A model generated the notes under the pieces. That model searched no databases. It saw only the letters and a program-made list of their open reading frames with translations, and was not told the DNA's origin. A DNA stretch of 64,000 nucleotides from Longimicrobiales bacterium (GTDB lineage: Bacteria; Gemmatimonadota; Gemmatimonadetes; Longimicrobiales; Gaopeijiaceae), in NCBI GenBank assembly GCA_965198065.1, contig CBDAON010000004.1, forward strand, positions 2,752,001-2,816,000. Direction: 5' to 3'. Within the stretch, counting starts at the first letter, position 1. Each line of letters opens with the position of its first letter. This document shows, in pieces, positions 52,836 through 64,000 of the stretch. The translations under genes and the position numbers were made by a program.

Positions 52836-53183
52836 GTGCAAGGAGAAGTCCTCTATTCCGATAGGCTTGTTGAGATCTCCACCGATGCCATCGTCTTGAG
52901 GAACTACTACATCCCGTTCGGCGGTTCGAAACGAATCCCTATCGATAGCATCGAGAGCATTCAGGTCAAGGAACCCACGTTGTTAACTGGGAGATGGCGA
53001 CTGCACGGCTCGGGTGATTTCCGGGTGTGGTTTCCACTGGACCTAGCGAGGCCGAAAAGGGACAAGGTGTTTGTTGTCACGATAACAAAGAAGAAGATGC
53101 GTGCCGGATTCACGGTGGAGAACTCAGAAACCGTTCTCAGAATTCTAAGGGAGAAAGGCTTGGTTACGCAGCGAACCGCTTAG
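52836..53183 (+). CDS. Hypothetical protein (PH-like), lower GC
   Basis: GGAGG RBS, 115-aa ORF. Confidence 0.65.
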   Translation: MQGEVLYSDRLVEISTDAIVLRNYYIPFGGSKRIPIDSIESIQVKEPTLLTGRWRLHGSGDFRVWFPLDLARPKRDKVFVVTITKKKMRAGFTVENSETVLRILREKGLVTQRTA

Positions 53184-53308
53184 CAAGCGCCTGAACCGCC
53201 GGCTGTTAGAGCGCGTCCGGCAACCTTAGGGGTACGGTCTTTCGAGTGGCCGCACAGATCGCACAGCAGGTTCGCAACCCTTTCGCGATGTGACGGAGGG
53301 GGAGGGCT

Positions 53309-54661
<1,353 letters not shown>

Positions 54662-54851
54662 GAGTTGCCGTGAACATGATCGCCGAGAGTCGTCGCATGG
54701 AGCCGTCAGTCCGGCTGAAGTCGCGTCCTCGTCGCGGTCTACATCCGAAAAAAGTAGCTCAGCTTCAGGATTAATCCTTGCCTGTGTTTCTCTCTTGGAT
54801 CCGTCCGGCTACGCCAACCGCTACCTCTTGCTCATACAGCATTGAGGTACC

Positions 54852-54966
54852 TGGAATGGCCTCGAAAAAGTGGACACCTAGGTCACGCGGCCTGACGTAG
54901 CCGCTCCTCATAGGCGATCGGACTCAGATACCCGAGGGTCGAGTGCCGTCGCTCCCGATGGTACCA
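54852..54966 (-). mobile_element. IS3-family remnant (orfB C-terminus and right IR)
   Basis: WYHRERRHSTLGYLSPIAYE* followed by GTGTCCACTTTTTCGAGGCCATTCCA. Confidence 0.75.
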
Positions 54967-55007
54967 AACACAGAACCCCCCGAAAGCATCCGGAACGGTA
55001 CGCCTAA

Positions 55008-55200
55008 ACTGTGCCATAATCGTGCCGTAACTCTCGGGTACTGAGTGGTAAGGATGGCACAAGGGCAGGGAAGGGACCCCGGGGATCTTGGCTCAACCGT
55101 ACCATCTAGTACACGTCAGTACCACATCGTTACCATGGGGTTTACGGACTTAAAATCCCCCGGGGGCAACCCCTTCTGGGTTCGAATCCCAGCCCCGGCA
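55008..55200 (+). repeat. att site 2: arm repeats plus tRNA-Leu(TAA) 3' fragment (55146-55200)
   Basis: Fragment identical to site 1. Confidence 0.85.
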
Positions 55201-55265
55201 CTTCGATAAGACCTATGTCCGCCCAACCCCGCTCGCTGGCGGGGTGGGAGTCACGCGGCTAGTGC

Positions 55266-56264
55266 TCAGCGGGGCCCGTTGATCAGCCTGTCGAGCCTGC
55301 GTACTTCCGCTTCCGCGCCCAGCCCCTTGAACCGGACCCGGCTTCGGCGTGCCTCGACCACGGCATCGTCCCGGCGATCGGACTCGAGCAGAAGACGCGC
55401 GAGATCGCGCCCGGCCTGCGCGGCGAGCAGAGGCCGACCCAACTGGTCGGCGCGGGCGATCACTTCCCTGAGCAAAGGCATTGCCTCCTCTCGCTCACCC
55501 TGGGCGGCCAGCGCATTCGCGAGTACGCGGGTACCTTCCGCGATGCCCACAACGTCCTCGAGCTTGCGATGTGCCTCGAGGGCCCGCTCGACTTCCCGCT
55601 GGGCAAGAGCGGGGTCCCCTGCCAGGAGCCGCACCTCCGCCCTCCCCATGCGCGTCTGCGCGGCCAGAGCCAGGTCGCCCGCTGCGCCCGCCTCGGCCAC
55701 TGCCCGGTCTGCGGTCTCGAGGGCCTGCACGAGATTGCCCTGCTCGCGATAGGTGATAGTGAGGTTGTGGAGCACCTGCGCGATCCCCACCCTGTAACCG
55801 GACTGCTGGAATGCAGCCAGCGCCATGGTATAAGAGCCCACGGCGCGACCGTACTCCCCCGTCAGGTTGGCGATGATTCCGAGATTGTTGGAGCAGCGCC
55901 CCACCGTTGCATGATCCAGCTGGCGTTCGGCCTCCAGGAGTGAGTGGCGGAAGCACGTGGTCGCTTCCTCGATTCTCCCGGCATCGAGCGCGATCGTACC
56001 GGATACATTGAGGGCCCGAGCCTCGATCGCCCGATCGTGCCGCTTCCGGGACCCACTGAGCGCGGTTGTTACCCAGCGCACCCCGGTGGCATGGGAGCCA
56101 CTGCGGGCGTGGGCTATGCCAAAGAGCAGTGCCAGCGTGGGTGACGCCTCAATCTCCTCCGCAGGCATCGCACTCAGATACTCCAGCGCTGCAGCATGCC
56201 GCCCCTCTCGAGCCAGTTGCTGCGCGGTGTTGATCTTAAGGACGATCGCCGCGTTCGCGTCCAT
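55266..56264 (-). CDS. Tetratricopeptide repeat protein
   Basis: Repeated A..LNNLG/HNL helical units. Confidence 0.8.
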   Translation of the reverse strand: MDANAAIVLKINTAQQLAREGRHAAALEYLSAMPAEEIEASPTLALLFGIAHARSGSHATGVRWVTTALSGSRKRHDRAIEARALNVSGTIALDAGRIEEATTCFRHSLLEAERQLDHATVGRCSNNLGIIANLTGEYGRAVGSYTMALAAFQQSGYRVGIAQVLHNLTITYREQGNLVQALETADRAVAEAGAAGDLALAAQTRMGRAEVRLLAGDPALAQREVERALEAHRKLEDVVGIAEGTRVLANALAAQGEREEAMPLLREVIARADQLGRPLLAAQAGRDLARLLLESDRRDDAVVEARRSRVRFKGLGAEAEVRRLDRLINGPR

Positions 56265-56278
56265 CGGGACTTCCCGAC

Positions 56279-58444
56279 CTACCAGCGGCCAAAGGAGAAC
56301 CACGAGATCGCATAACCAGAGAAGCCGAAGACCGGAGCCTGGAAGACCTGTCCGGCCACATCGTGCACGGCGCTCACCGATGTCCAGAGCGTCTCGGGCG
56401 CGTCCTGATGCCATAGGCCGAGCAACTCCTGCTCAACGTAGGCGTCCGAACCGTCGACCGCGCCGTCCCCGGTGAGGTCGGAATCGGCGCCCGCGTACCA
56501 CAGCTCGAGCCGGGCCGGGGTGTTGCGGTCGAAGGTGAGACCGCTGGGAGCAAACCGCACCTGGATCGTCTCCGCATCCACGGTGAGGGTGATCAGCACT
56601 GGGTCACCGGGGGCCACCGCCGTGCCATCGGGAAGCCGGTCCAGTGCTTCCGCGGGCACCGATAGTCTCAGGAACGGCGCTAGCGCTCCCCCCTCCGCAT
56701 ACTCGATGTCCAGGTGGCGGTCCTCGCCCTTGACGGGAGTGAGTCCCATCTTTAGTTGAAATTGAAGCGGCCTCCAACCTCAGGTAACGTGGGTGTGCGA
56801 CCACACCACGGGATCACAAGAGAGGAAGGAGGGCCACCGATGGGAAGGATGCCAAGGCTCGTCGAGCGGGGGCAAGAAGGACCGGCGGCTCGGGGAACCG
56901 AGGGAGGTGAGTTGGGAGGAGATCGAGGCGCTGGAGCTGGACCCTCGGGTGGAGCTGATCCGGCAGCTGATTCCGCTGGGACTGGCGGAGGTGGGCCGGA
57001 TGCTCGAGGAGGAAGTGGAGCAACTGGCGGGGCAACGTCACGCCAGGAAGACCGAGGACGATCGACATTGCCGGCATGGGCATAACCCAGGGTCGGTGCG
57101 GTTGGGCGGCCAGCGGCATCCGGTGCGAGTACCGCGGGTGCGAGGCCCGGCCGGAGAGTCGAGGCTGGCGGCGTATGAGCAGCTGCATGGCTCGCCCGGC
57201 GAGATGGACGAGGGGCTGTTTCGGAAGGTGCTGCTCGGGATCTCGTGCCGGGACTACGAGGCAGCGGTCGAGGCGGTGCCTGGAGCCATCGGGCTGTCGA
57301 AGTCGACGGTCTCGCGGGAGTTCAAGAAGGCCACGGCCGCGAAGCTGAAGGAGTTTCAGGAGCGGGACCTCTCGGGTTACGACGTGGGGTGGCACTCGTC
57401 CTGGACGGCAAGAGCTTTGCCGAGGACGAGATGGTCGTCGCGCTCGGGGTGACGACCAAGGGGGACAAGGTCTTCCTCGGGTTCGTCCAGACCGACACGG
57501 AGAACGCCGTGGTGATCCGATCCTTCCTTCGGAGTCTGAAGGACCGAGGTCTCGACCTGTCGGCCGGAGCGCTCGTGGTGATCGATGGAGCCCGCGGTCT
57601 CCGGAGCGGCGTCCTGGCGGTCTTCAAGGGACAGGTGCTCATCCAGCGGTGCCAGTGGCACAAGCGGAAGAACGTGATCTCGTATCTGCCGAGAGCGGAG
57701 CAGAAGGGCTGGCGCCAGCGTCTGCAGCGCGCCTACCAGCGGCCCACGTACGAAGAGGCCGTCAAGGACCTCAAGGCCCTGCGCCAGGAGCTCGCGGGGG
57801 TGAACCAGTCCGCGGCGGCCAGTCTCGATGAGGGGTTCGAGGAGACCCTCACCCTCCACCGGTTGGGAGTCTTCCCCCTGGTCGGCCAGTCGCTCAAGAC
57901 CACCAACGTGCTCGAGTCCGTGAACGCCCTGGCCGAGCAGAGGTGCGGACGCGTGGACCACTGGAAGAACTCGAGCCAGAAGCACCGATGGCTCGCGACC
58001 ACGCTCCTGGAGATCTAGTCACGGCTCCGGAGGTTGCTCGGGTACCGACACCTCCCGCTCCTCAGGGCCGCGATCCAGAAGGACCTCGGGATCACCCTTC
58101 CCGAGAGCCGTTCACATGCTGTCGCCTGAGACGGAGGCCGCTCCAGTTTCAACTAACTTTGGGATTGACTCCTTGACGGCCCAGAAGCTCACCGTGAAGT
58201 CCCCGGCGTCCTCCTCGGCCGCGCTCCGGAGCGCCCGTGGTCCACCTGCCTCGACCCACTCGCTCGGGTGCGCAACGAAGAGGCGAGCCTGCTCCCTCTT
58301 CTCCCAGCGCAGCATGTTAAGCGCGCGCTCTGGGCCCGCCTGCACTTCCGTTTCGTCCCGCTCCGAAGATGGCCCGGTAGCGTCGGCACAACTGGCGACG
58401 GCCGCGGTCGCCGCCAGCACGAGAACCAGCAGCTGTCTAGACAT
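56279..58444 (-). pseudogene. Lipoprotein with a ZU5-like C-terminus (..GFSGYAISW), split by IS256 copy 2
   Basis: Lipobox VASC; removing the IS restores FWAVK-GEDRHL. Confidence 0.8.
56737..58171 (+). mobile_element. IS256-family element, copy 2 (identical, defective)
   Basis: 8-bp TSD CTTGACGG at 56729-56736 and 58172-58179; translations identical to copy 1. Confidence 0.93.
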
Positions 58445-58555
58445 GGCAGCCTCTCTCGGAGTTCTGCAGCCGTTTCACAGGAACCCGTCAGAGCCGCGCC
58501 GCCCCGGCACCGAGATCTCGGTGCCGGATTCCGCCACTCTGGACCCTCCGAGCGT

Positions 58556-58572
58556 TGCATGGATCATGCCCG
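58556..58572 (-). promoter_or_regulatory. sigma54 -24/-12 promoter for the lipoprotein-TPR operon
   Basis: GG-CATGATCCAT-GCA on the minus strand. Confidence 0.55.
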
Positions 58573-58721
58573 ACAGCGCTGGGCCGGAAGCCCAATTCCG
58601 CCGGCCTGCTCCGCACGATCCGCCTGAAAAGAACCTGGATCATTTTGAACCATGCCGACACGATCCGTACCTGTCACGCCGATCGGTCGTGGACACGCCG
58701 GTCGGCACCCTGAGGCGTATG

Positions 58722-60110
58722 TCAGGTCGGTCGGGTCCGCAGGTCGAGCAAGCGCCGGAGGCGGCGGCGGGAGATGCCCAGACGCCGGGCTGCCTCGCTG
58801 CGGTTGCCGCTGCAGAGCTCGATCATCGCGTGGGCTGCCCCGGTGGTGATGTCCTCGAGGGTCGCTGGAAACGGCAGCGGACTGCCTACCTCGGGGTGGG
58901 GGGGGGACTGGGGAAGGAGCTCCAGCAGATTCAGCGTGCCGGCCTCCGATAGGAGCAGGCTCCGCTCGAGCGCGTTCTTGAGTTCCCGCACGTTTCCCGG
59001 CCACGCGTGGCGCTTGAGCTCGCGGCGTACCTCGACCGTCAAGGGAGGAGCCGGGAGGTCGTGCTGGCTCGCGAGGCGTTCCATGAGCGCCAAAGCGATT
59101 TGCACGACGTCGTCGCCGCGCTCGCGCAGAGGCGGCAGCACCAACGTGATCACGCTGAGGCGGTAGAAGAGATCCTGCCGGAATCGGCCCGACCCGGCCG
59201 CCTCCTCGAGGTTCTCGTTCGTGGCCGCCAGGATCCTGACATTCACCTGGTGCGACTTCGTGCCTCCGACCCGGCGAATCTCCTTGTCCTCCAGCACGCG
59301 CAGGAGCTTCGCCTGAAGATCCAGCGGCAGCGCTCCGACCTCATCCAGGAACAAAGTTCCGCCGTCGGCCACCTGGAAGAGCCCGGGCTTTGCTGCATGT
59401 GCGTCGGTGAATGCTCCCCGCTCATGGCCAAAGAGCTCGAATTCGATCAGCTGGGCGGGGAGGGCCGAGCAGTTGATCGGCACGAACGGCGCGCGCCGTC
59501 TGGAGCCTCCGAAGTGGATGGCGCGTGCAAACAGCTCCTTGCCCGTGCCCGTCTCCCCGACGATCAAACCGGTGGCGTCGGCATGAGGCAGGAGTCGCCC
59601 CGCCCGGGTGAGCACCGCGCGGATCGCGGTACTGTCGCCGACGATCTCGGAGAACGCCTCTGGCCGCGGGACGGCCTCGGATGCCTCCCGGCTCCGGGTC
59701 GAGCGGTGCCGTTCCACGGCGGACCACAACGTGTTCCGCAGCACCTCGACGTCGTCCGGGACGGCGAAGTAGTCTGTGGCCCCGTGGCCCACTACGCGCG
59801 CGGCGATGCGCCGCCCCGGGTCCGCTCCGACCACGTACACGGGGACCTCGATCGGCCTGGCCGAGCCTTCCAGCCACTCGGCGGCCTCACGCTCCGCCCC
59901 GCCTGCCGAGACCAGCACGGCGGCGACGTCCGGGGCAACCGCTCCGAGGGGCTCCGGCGGCAGGGCGACCACCTCGGCCTCCAGGTCCCTCGCCAGGACC
60001 TGCCAGAAGTCGTGGAACGATTCGGACAATTGAACCACCATCACTTTCGGTGGATCCACTCGAATGCTCCCGGTCCGGGCGGGCACCGTCGCAAGTCCCG
60101 ATGCCTCCAT
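58722..60110 (-). CDS. sigma54 enhancer-binding protein with a degenerate receiver-like domain
   Basis: GETGTGKE, GAFTDA, WPGNVREL, HTH; start approximate. Confidence 0.88.
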   Translation of the reverse strand: MEASGLATVPARTGSIRVDPPKVMVVQLSESFHDFWQVLARDLEAEVVALPPEPLGAVAPDVAAVLVSAGGAEREAAEWLEGSARPIEVPVYVVGADPGRRIAARVVGHGATDYFAVPDDVEVLRNTLWSAVERHRSTRSREASEAVPRPEAFSEIVGDSTAIRAVLTRAGRLLPHADATGLIVGETGTGKELFARAIHFGGSRRRAPFVPINCSALPAQLIEFELFGHERGAFTDAHAAKPGLFQVADGGTLFLDEVGALPLDLQAKLLRVLEDKEIRRVGGTKSHQVNVRILAATNENLEEAAGSGRFRQDLFYRLSVITLVLPPLRERGDDVVQIALALMERLASQHDLPAPPLTVEVRRELKRHAWPGNVRELKNALERSLLLSEAGTLNLLELLPQSPPHPEVGSPLPFPATLEDITTGAAHAMIELCSGNRSEAARRLGISRRRLRRLLDLRTRPT

Positions 60111-60227
60111 AGGCCACCGCGCTTGGTACCAATTGAACCATGTACCCCAAAGCGTACCATAGCAACCTCCGTGGATGCCGATCCGTAACCATCTCTCCGA
60201 CACGCGTTTCGGTCCCCCAGGTGCGGA

Positions 60228-60243
60228 CGGCCCTCGCCTTGCA
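60228..60243 (+). promoter_or_regulatory. sigma54 promoter for the HD-GYP gene
   Basis: CGG-CCCTCGCCTT-GCA. Confidence 0.55.
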
Positions 60244-60339
60244 CCAAAGAATGCGGGAAGCGCTTGGCGAAGGCTGGGTAAGTGAGCCCGCACGAGGCGA
60301 CGGGAAGCAACGATGAAGGCTGGAAACGCGGCAACACTC

Positions 60340-61083
60340 ATGGTAGACGAGGGTCACGGACCCCGCACCCCCGACCGTCGGAGGGTCGGGGACGGGTTGG
60401 ATCGTTTTGATCCAGACGAGCAGGGCCCGGGCGCGCTACGTGCCATGACCCTCGCGCTGCGGGCGAAGGACGCGTACACGCATGCGCACTCCCGCCGAGT
60501 GGGCATTCGCGCTGTCGCCATCGCCCGCGAGCTCAACCTCGGCAAAGACCTCCAGCGCGAGATCCGCCTGGCCGGGGAGCTTCACGACATGGGGAAGATC
60601 GGAGTGCCCGGCGAGCTGTTGCGGCGGCCGGGCAAGCTGACGCCGGACGAGCACCGTCGCGTCCTGACCCACACACTCATCGGAGAGCGGATGTTGGCTC
60701 CGCTGATGAGCAGCCACCCCGTCGTGCTGAGCGTCGTGCGCTCGCACCACGAGCGCGTGGACGGCCGGGGGTTCCCCGACGGGCTCGCGGGCGCTGCGAT
60801 CCCGCTGCCCGCTCGCATCGTCGCGGTGGCGGATGCGTTCGATGCAATGACGAGCGGGCGCTCCTACCGGCCGGCCGTCTCGCGCGGGGCAGCTCTCACC
60901 GAGCTCATGGCCCACGCCGGCACGCAGTTCTACAGCACGTGCGTGCGCGCCCTCGCAAGGGCCCTCGCCCGGGAGCGTCGCGTCCGGTCACGTGGGCCGC
61001 GCGAGCGCCGCCGTACCGCAGGGTCGAAGCTCCGTTCCCGCCGAAACACTCTCAGAGCCATTGACCCCTGCACTGTGCCGTAA
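60340..61083 (+). CDS. HD-GYP domain phosphodiesterase
   Basis: HSRRV, LHDMGKIG, HHERVDGRGFP, VADAFDAMTS. Confidence 0.88.
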   Translation: MVDEGHGPRTPDRRRVGDGLDRFDPDEQGPGALRAMTLALRAKDAYTHAHSRRVGIRAVAIARELNLGKDLQREIRLAGELHDMGKIGVPGELLRRPGKLTPDEHRRVLTHTLIGERMLAPLMSSHPVVLSVVRSHHERVDGRGFPDGLAGAAIPLPARIVAVADAFDAMTSGRSYRPAVSRGAALTELMAHAGTQFYSTCVRALARALARERRVRSRGPRERRRTAGSKLRSRRNTLRAIDPCTVP

Positions 61084-61264
61084 TTGTGCCGTAACTCTCG
61101 GGAACAGGGTGGTAAGGATGGCACAAGGGCAGGGAAGTGGATCCCGAGATTATGGCTCAACCGTATCATCTAGTACACGTCAGTACCACATTATCACCAT
61201 GGCGTTTACGGACTTAAAATCCTCCGGGGGCAACCCCTTCTCGGTTCGAATCCCAGCCCCTGCA
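61072..61264 (+). repeat. att site 3: arm repeats plus degenerate tRNA-Leu(TAA) 3' fragment (61210-61264)
   Basis: Three substitutions relative to sites 1 and 2. Confidence 0.82.
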
Positions 61265-61483
61265 CTTCAGTAACCACAACAACTTACGCGATTTGGAGGG
61301 GGAGCTGTCTGGGCAACGCCACACCTGATAACACGGCAGGTTACGGCTCCGCCGCCCGGCGGGCGCCCCCGTGCCGACTCTCGATAGGAGAATTCCATGA
61401 AGAAGCTACTGCTCGTCCCATGCGCGTTGATCTTGCTGCCAGCGACACCCAGTGGTCGGATCGGGTGTCCTGGTGCCGGCCAG

Positions 61484-62917
61484 TCAAGCGGCGCAGCACG
61501 AAAGCTTCGCGACGTCCTTTTCGAAGGTCTGCGCGGTCAGTTTGATGCCCTCTCCTAGCGTCAGGTAGGGATGCAGCGTGTCCGTCAGGTCTTCGATGGT
61601 GAGACCGAACTTGATTGCGAGCGTGGGCTCCATGATGTACTCCCCCGCCTCTACGGTGAGGATGTGAGCACCCAGAATCTTCCGGGTCCGCGCGTCGGCG
61701 ATCAGCTTGATGAAGCCTCGGGTGTCATGTGAAGCGAGCGACCGCGACACGTGTTCGAGCGGCAGCTTCGATGTGATGACTTCGTGCCCGGCTGCGCTGG
61801 CCTGTTCCGCCGTCATACCGACGGTGGCGACTGCCGGGACGGTAAACGTCACCTGGGGCACCACCGAACCGCCGACCGACTTGCTGTTCCCCGATAGCGC
61901 GTTCTCAGCTGCGAAAGAAGCACCTGTGCCGCTACGTATACGTGCATGGGCCCGCCGGTGACATCCCCGGCGGCGTAGATGTTCGGATTGCTTGTCTGCA
62001 GAAACTCGTCGACTAGGATCTCGCCTCCGGCTACTAGCTCGACGCCGGCCTCCTCGAGGCCGATACCACTCGTGTTTGGATTCCGACCGGCAGCCAGGAG
62101 GATTGCCTCGGCCGTCACTGATTGCTCGTTGCCATCTCTCACGAAGGACACCGTGCGACCAAGCGGGCCGCTCTCCACCCGAACCGGCCGGGCGCCCAGC
62201 TCAACACGTAGCCCCTCGGACCGCAGATGGATCGCGAGCTCGGCGCCGAGGTCGGCATCCTGATTCGAAAGTAGGGTCGAGCGAGCAAGGACCGTCACCT
62301 CGACACCGAGTCGCGACATCGCCTGCGCGAGTTCGAGACCCACGGAGCCGGCCCCGATCACGACTAGCGACTCCGGGAGGGCGTCTAGCTCCATCAGTGT
62401 GGTGCTATCGAGGTATTCGGCGTCATCCAAACCCGCAATCTCTAGGTGCCTGGTTGACGCGCCGGTGGTAATGATGAGGCGGGGGGTAGTGACCGTCGTG
62501 CCGGTCTTCGAGGCGTACGGCGCCACTCGGCAGGGGGGTCCCTCGTTGATCGAAGAAAGTGATGCTGGGATACCACGGAAGCACATCGATGTACTTCGCC
62601 TGCCGAAGGCTCTCGACCAGTTCATCCTTCTGGGCCCGCACCGCGTTCCAATCAGCCGGCTCTCGCGAGGTCGCGATGCCTTCGAACGGATGAAACTCAC
62701 GTGTGTGCTGCGCTTCGGCCGCGCGGATGAGTGCTTTCGACGGGATGCAGCCCACGTTGATGCAGGTTCCACCGATCGTTCCCGCGTTGATGAGCGCTAC
62801 GCTAGCACCCATCTCGGCAGCACGGATGGCCGCTGCGAAGCCGGCGGATCCACCCCCGAGGACGGCAAGATCGAACTGCGTGCTATCCTTGCTCGTGGAC
62901 GGCGTTGTCATCGTCAT
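61484..62917 (-). pseudogene. merA: Mercuric reductase, frameshifted into three pieces
   Basis: GGTCINVGCIPSK, AAGDV, HPYLT, C-terminal LSCCAA. Confidence 0.88.
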
Positions 62918-62984
62918 CGGCAGCTTGTCCCCCTCCTTTCCCGTCAGCCATAAGCGGGACTAGGGATCCTCCATCTTTGCCTAC

Positions 62985-63016
62985 ATTGTAAACCCTGGAC
63001 CATGGTACGGGGTCAA
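62985..63016 (-). promoter_or_regulatory. MerR-type promoter/operator
   Basis: TTGACC-N20-TACAAT with the dyad ACCCCGTACCATGGTCCAGGGT. Confidence 0.75.
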
Positions 63017-63140
63017 GGGCAACCTTCCTGACGACGTCGACCGGGGCCCTTCCCACCTCCCGCTCTGGCGGCTCTCAGACGAGGACCACCAGGTGTAGAA
63101 CTTTCGCTCCCGCCAATGATCCGGCACTACCTCGGACTCC

Positions 63141-64000
63141 TGACCTGACCCGCTGAAACGAGACCAGGTGCAATGTTAGGATCGACCTGGTCCGAAGCTT
63201 TTCAGCGAGGAGGTCAGGATGGGAAGGAAGCGACACACTCCGGAGCAGATCATCACTGCAGTGCGGGAGGCAGAGGTCGGTCTGGCCGGCGGCAAATCCG
63301 TGAAGCTGATCAGGGGGGAGCTCGGCATCACCGAGCAGACGTACTACCGGTGGAGGCGGGAGTACGGCGGGATGAAGGTGAGCCAGGCACGGCGCCTGAA
63401 GGAGCTCGAGCGCGAGAACGGGCGCCTGAAGCGAGCAGTGGCGGACTTGACACTGGACAAGCTGATCGTGGAGGAAGCGGCCAAGGGAAACTTCTGAGCC
63501 CCGAGCGCCGACGACGTTGTGTGGTGCGTGTACGTCAGCAGCTCGGGGCGTCGGAGAGGAGAGCGTGCCGGGTGCTCGGGCAGCCACGCACGACCCAGCG
63601 CGGGGCGAGGAGAGTGGCGAGTGACGAGGGGGCGCTCCGAGGTGATATCGTGCGACTCGCGAGTCGATTCGGCCGCTACGGCTAGCGACGCGTCACGGAC
63701 ACGCTCCGCATCGAGGGCTGGGGGGTGAAGCACAAGCGGGTGGAGCGGATCTGGAGGCAGGAGGGGCTGAAGGTCCCGGAGCGGCAGCCGAAGCGAGGTC
63801 GGCTGTGGCTCAACGACGGATCGTGCATCCGGCTGAGGCCGCTGTATCGGGGCCACGTCTGGTCGTACGACTTCGTGGCCTCGAGGACGCACGACGGGCG
63901 TGCGCTGAAGCTGCTGACAGTGCTGGACGAGCACACGAGGGAGTGCCTGGCGATCGTGGTGGCTCGCAAGATCCGCTCGCACGACGTGCTCGAGGTGCTG
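63141..64000 (+). mobile_element. IS3-family element (orfA 63219-63497; orfB with internal TAG at 63683), running off the window
   Basis: TG-start IR, YYRWRREYGG, AAGGGAAAC frameshift site, WSYDFV. Confidence 0.88.

Noticed and set aside
61397..61483. MKKLLLVPCALILL signal-peptide ORF with RBS
   Set aside because: Short and runs into the merA 3' end; likely a truncated remnant

Overview
GC-rich bacterial window. The Gly/Arg-rich linkers, many PQQ enzymes, DUF5916 barrels and Big_2/M8 lipoprotein suggest Gemmatimonadota (inference). The left part (1-40 kb) is mostly intact envelope and catabolic genes: three PQQ dehydrogenases (one fused to CHRD), two DUF5916 barrel proteins (one split by a 2,654-bp passenger-carrying IS1595), malate synthase, KdgT and a Tat-type deacetylase. 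The most striking locus is 24.2-38.1 kb. Four near-identical secreted haem-c/copper type II monooxygenases (PHM/DBH-like) differ mainly in a few loops, and each has its own promoter. They sit with two paralogous unknown 'QCCWTNG' proteins, a lectin-like protein and a PQQ dehydrogenase. Divergently transcribed are two PAL-like beta-propellers, one keeping all five PAL catalytic residues and one lacking all five. This is a candidate bacterial periplasmic PHM+PAL (hydroxylate-then-cleave) system. The right part (40-64 kb) is a decaying accessory region. It holds a broken TolC/ABC/HlyD efflux operon, a collapsed P4-like integrative element, two identical defective IS256 copies, three tandem tRNA-Leu(TAA) att sites with integrase arm repeats, a sigma54/TPR/ZU5-like lipoprotein/HD-GYP module with visible promoters and UAS, a merA pseudogene and IS3 remnants. 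All calls were made by eye; no searches were run.
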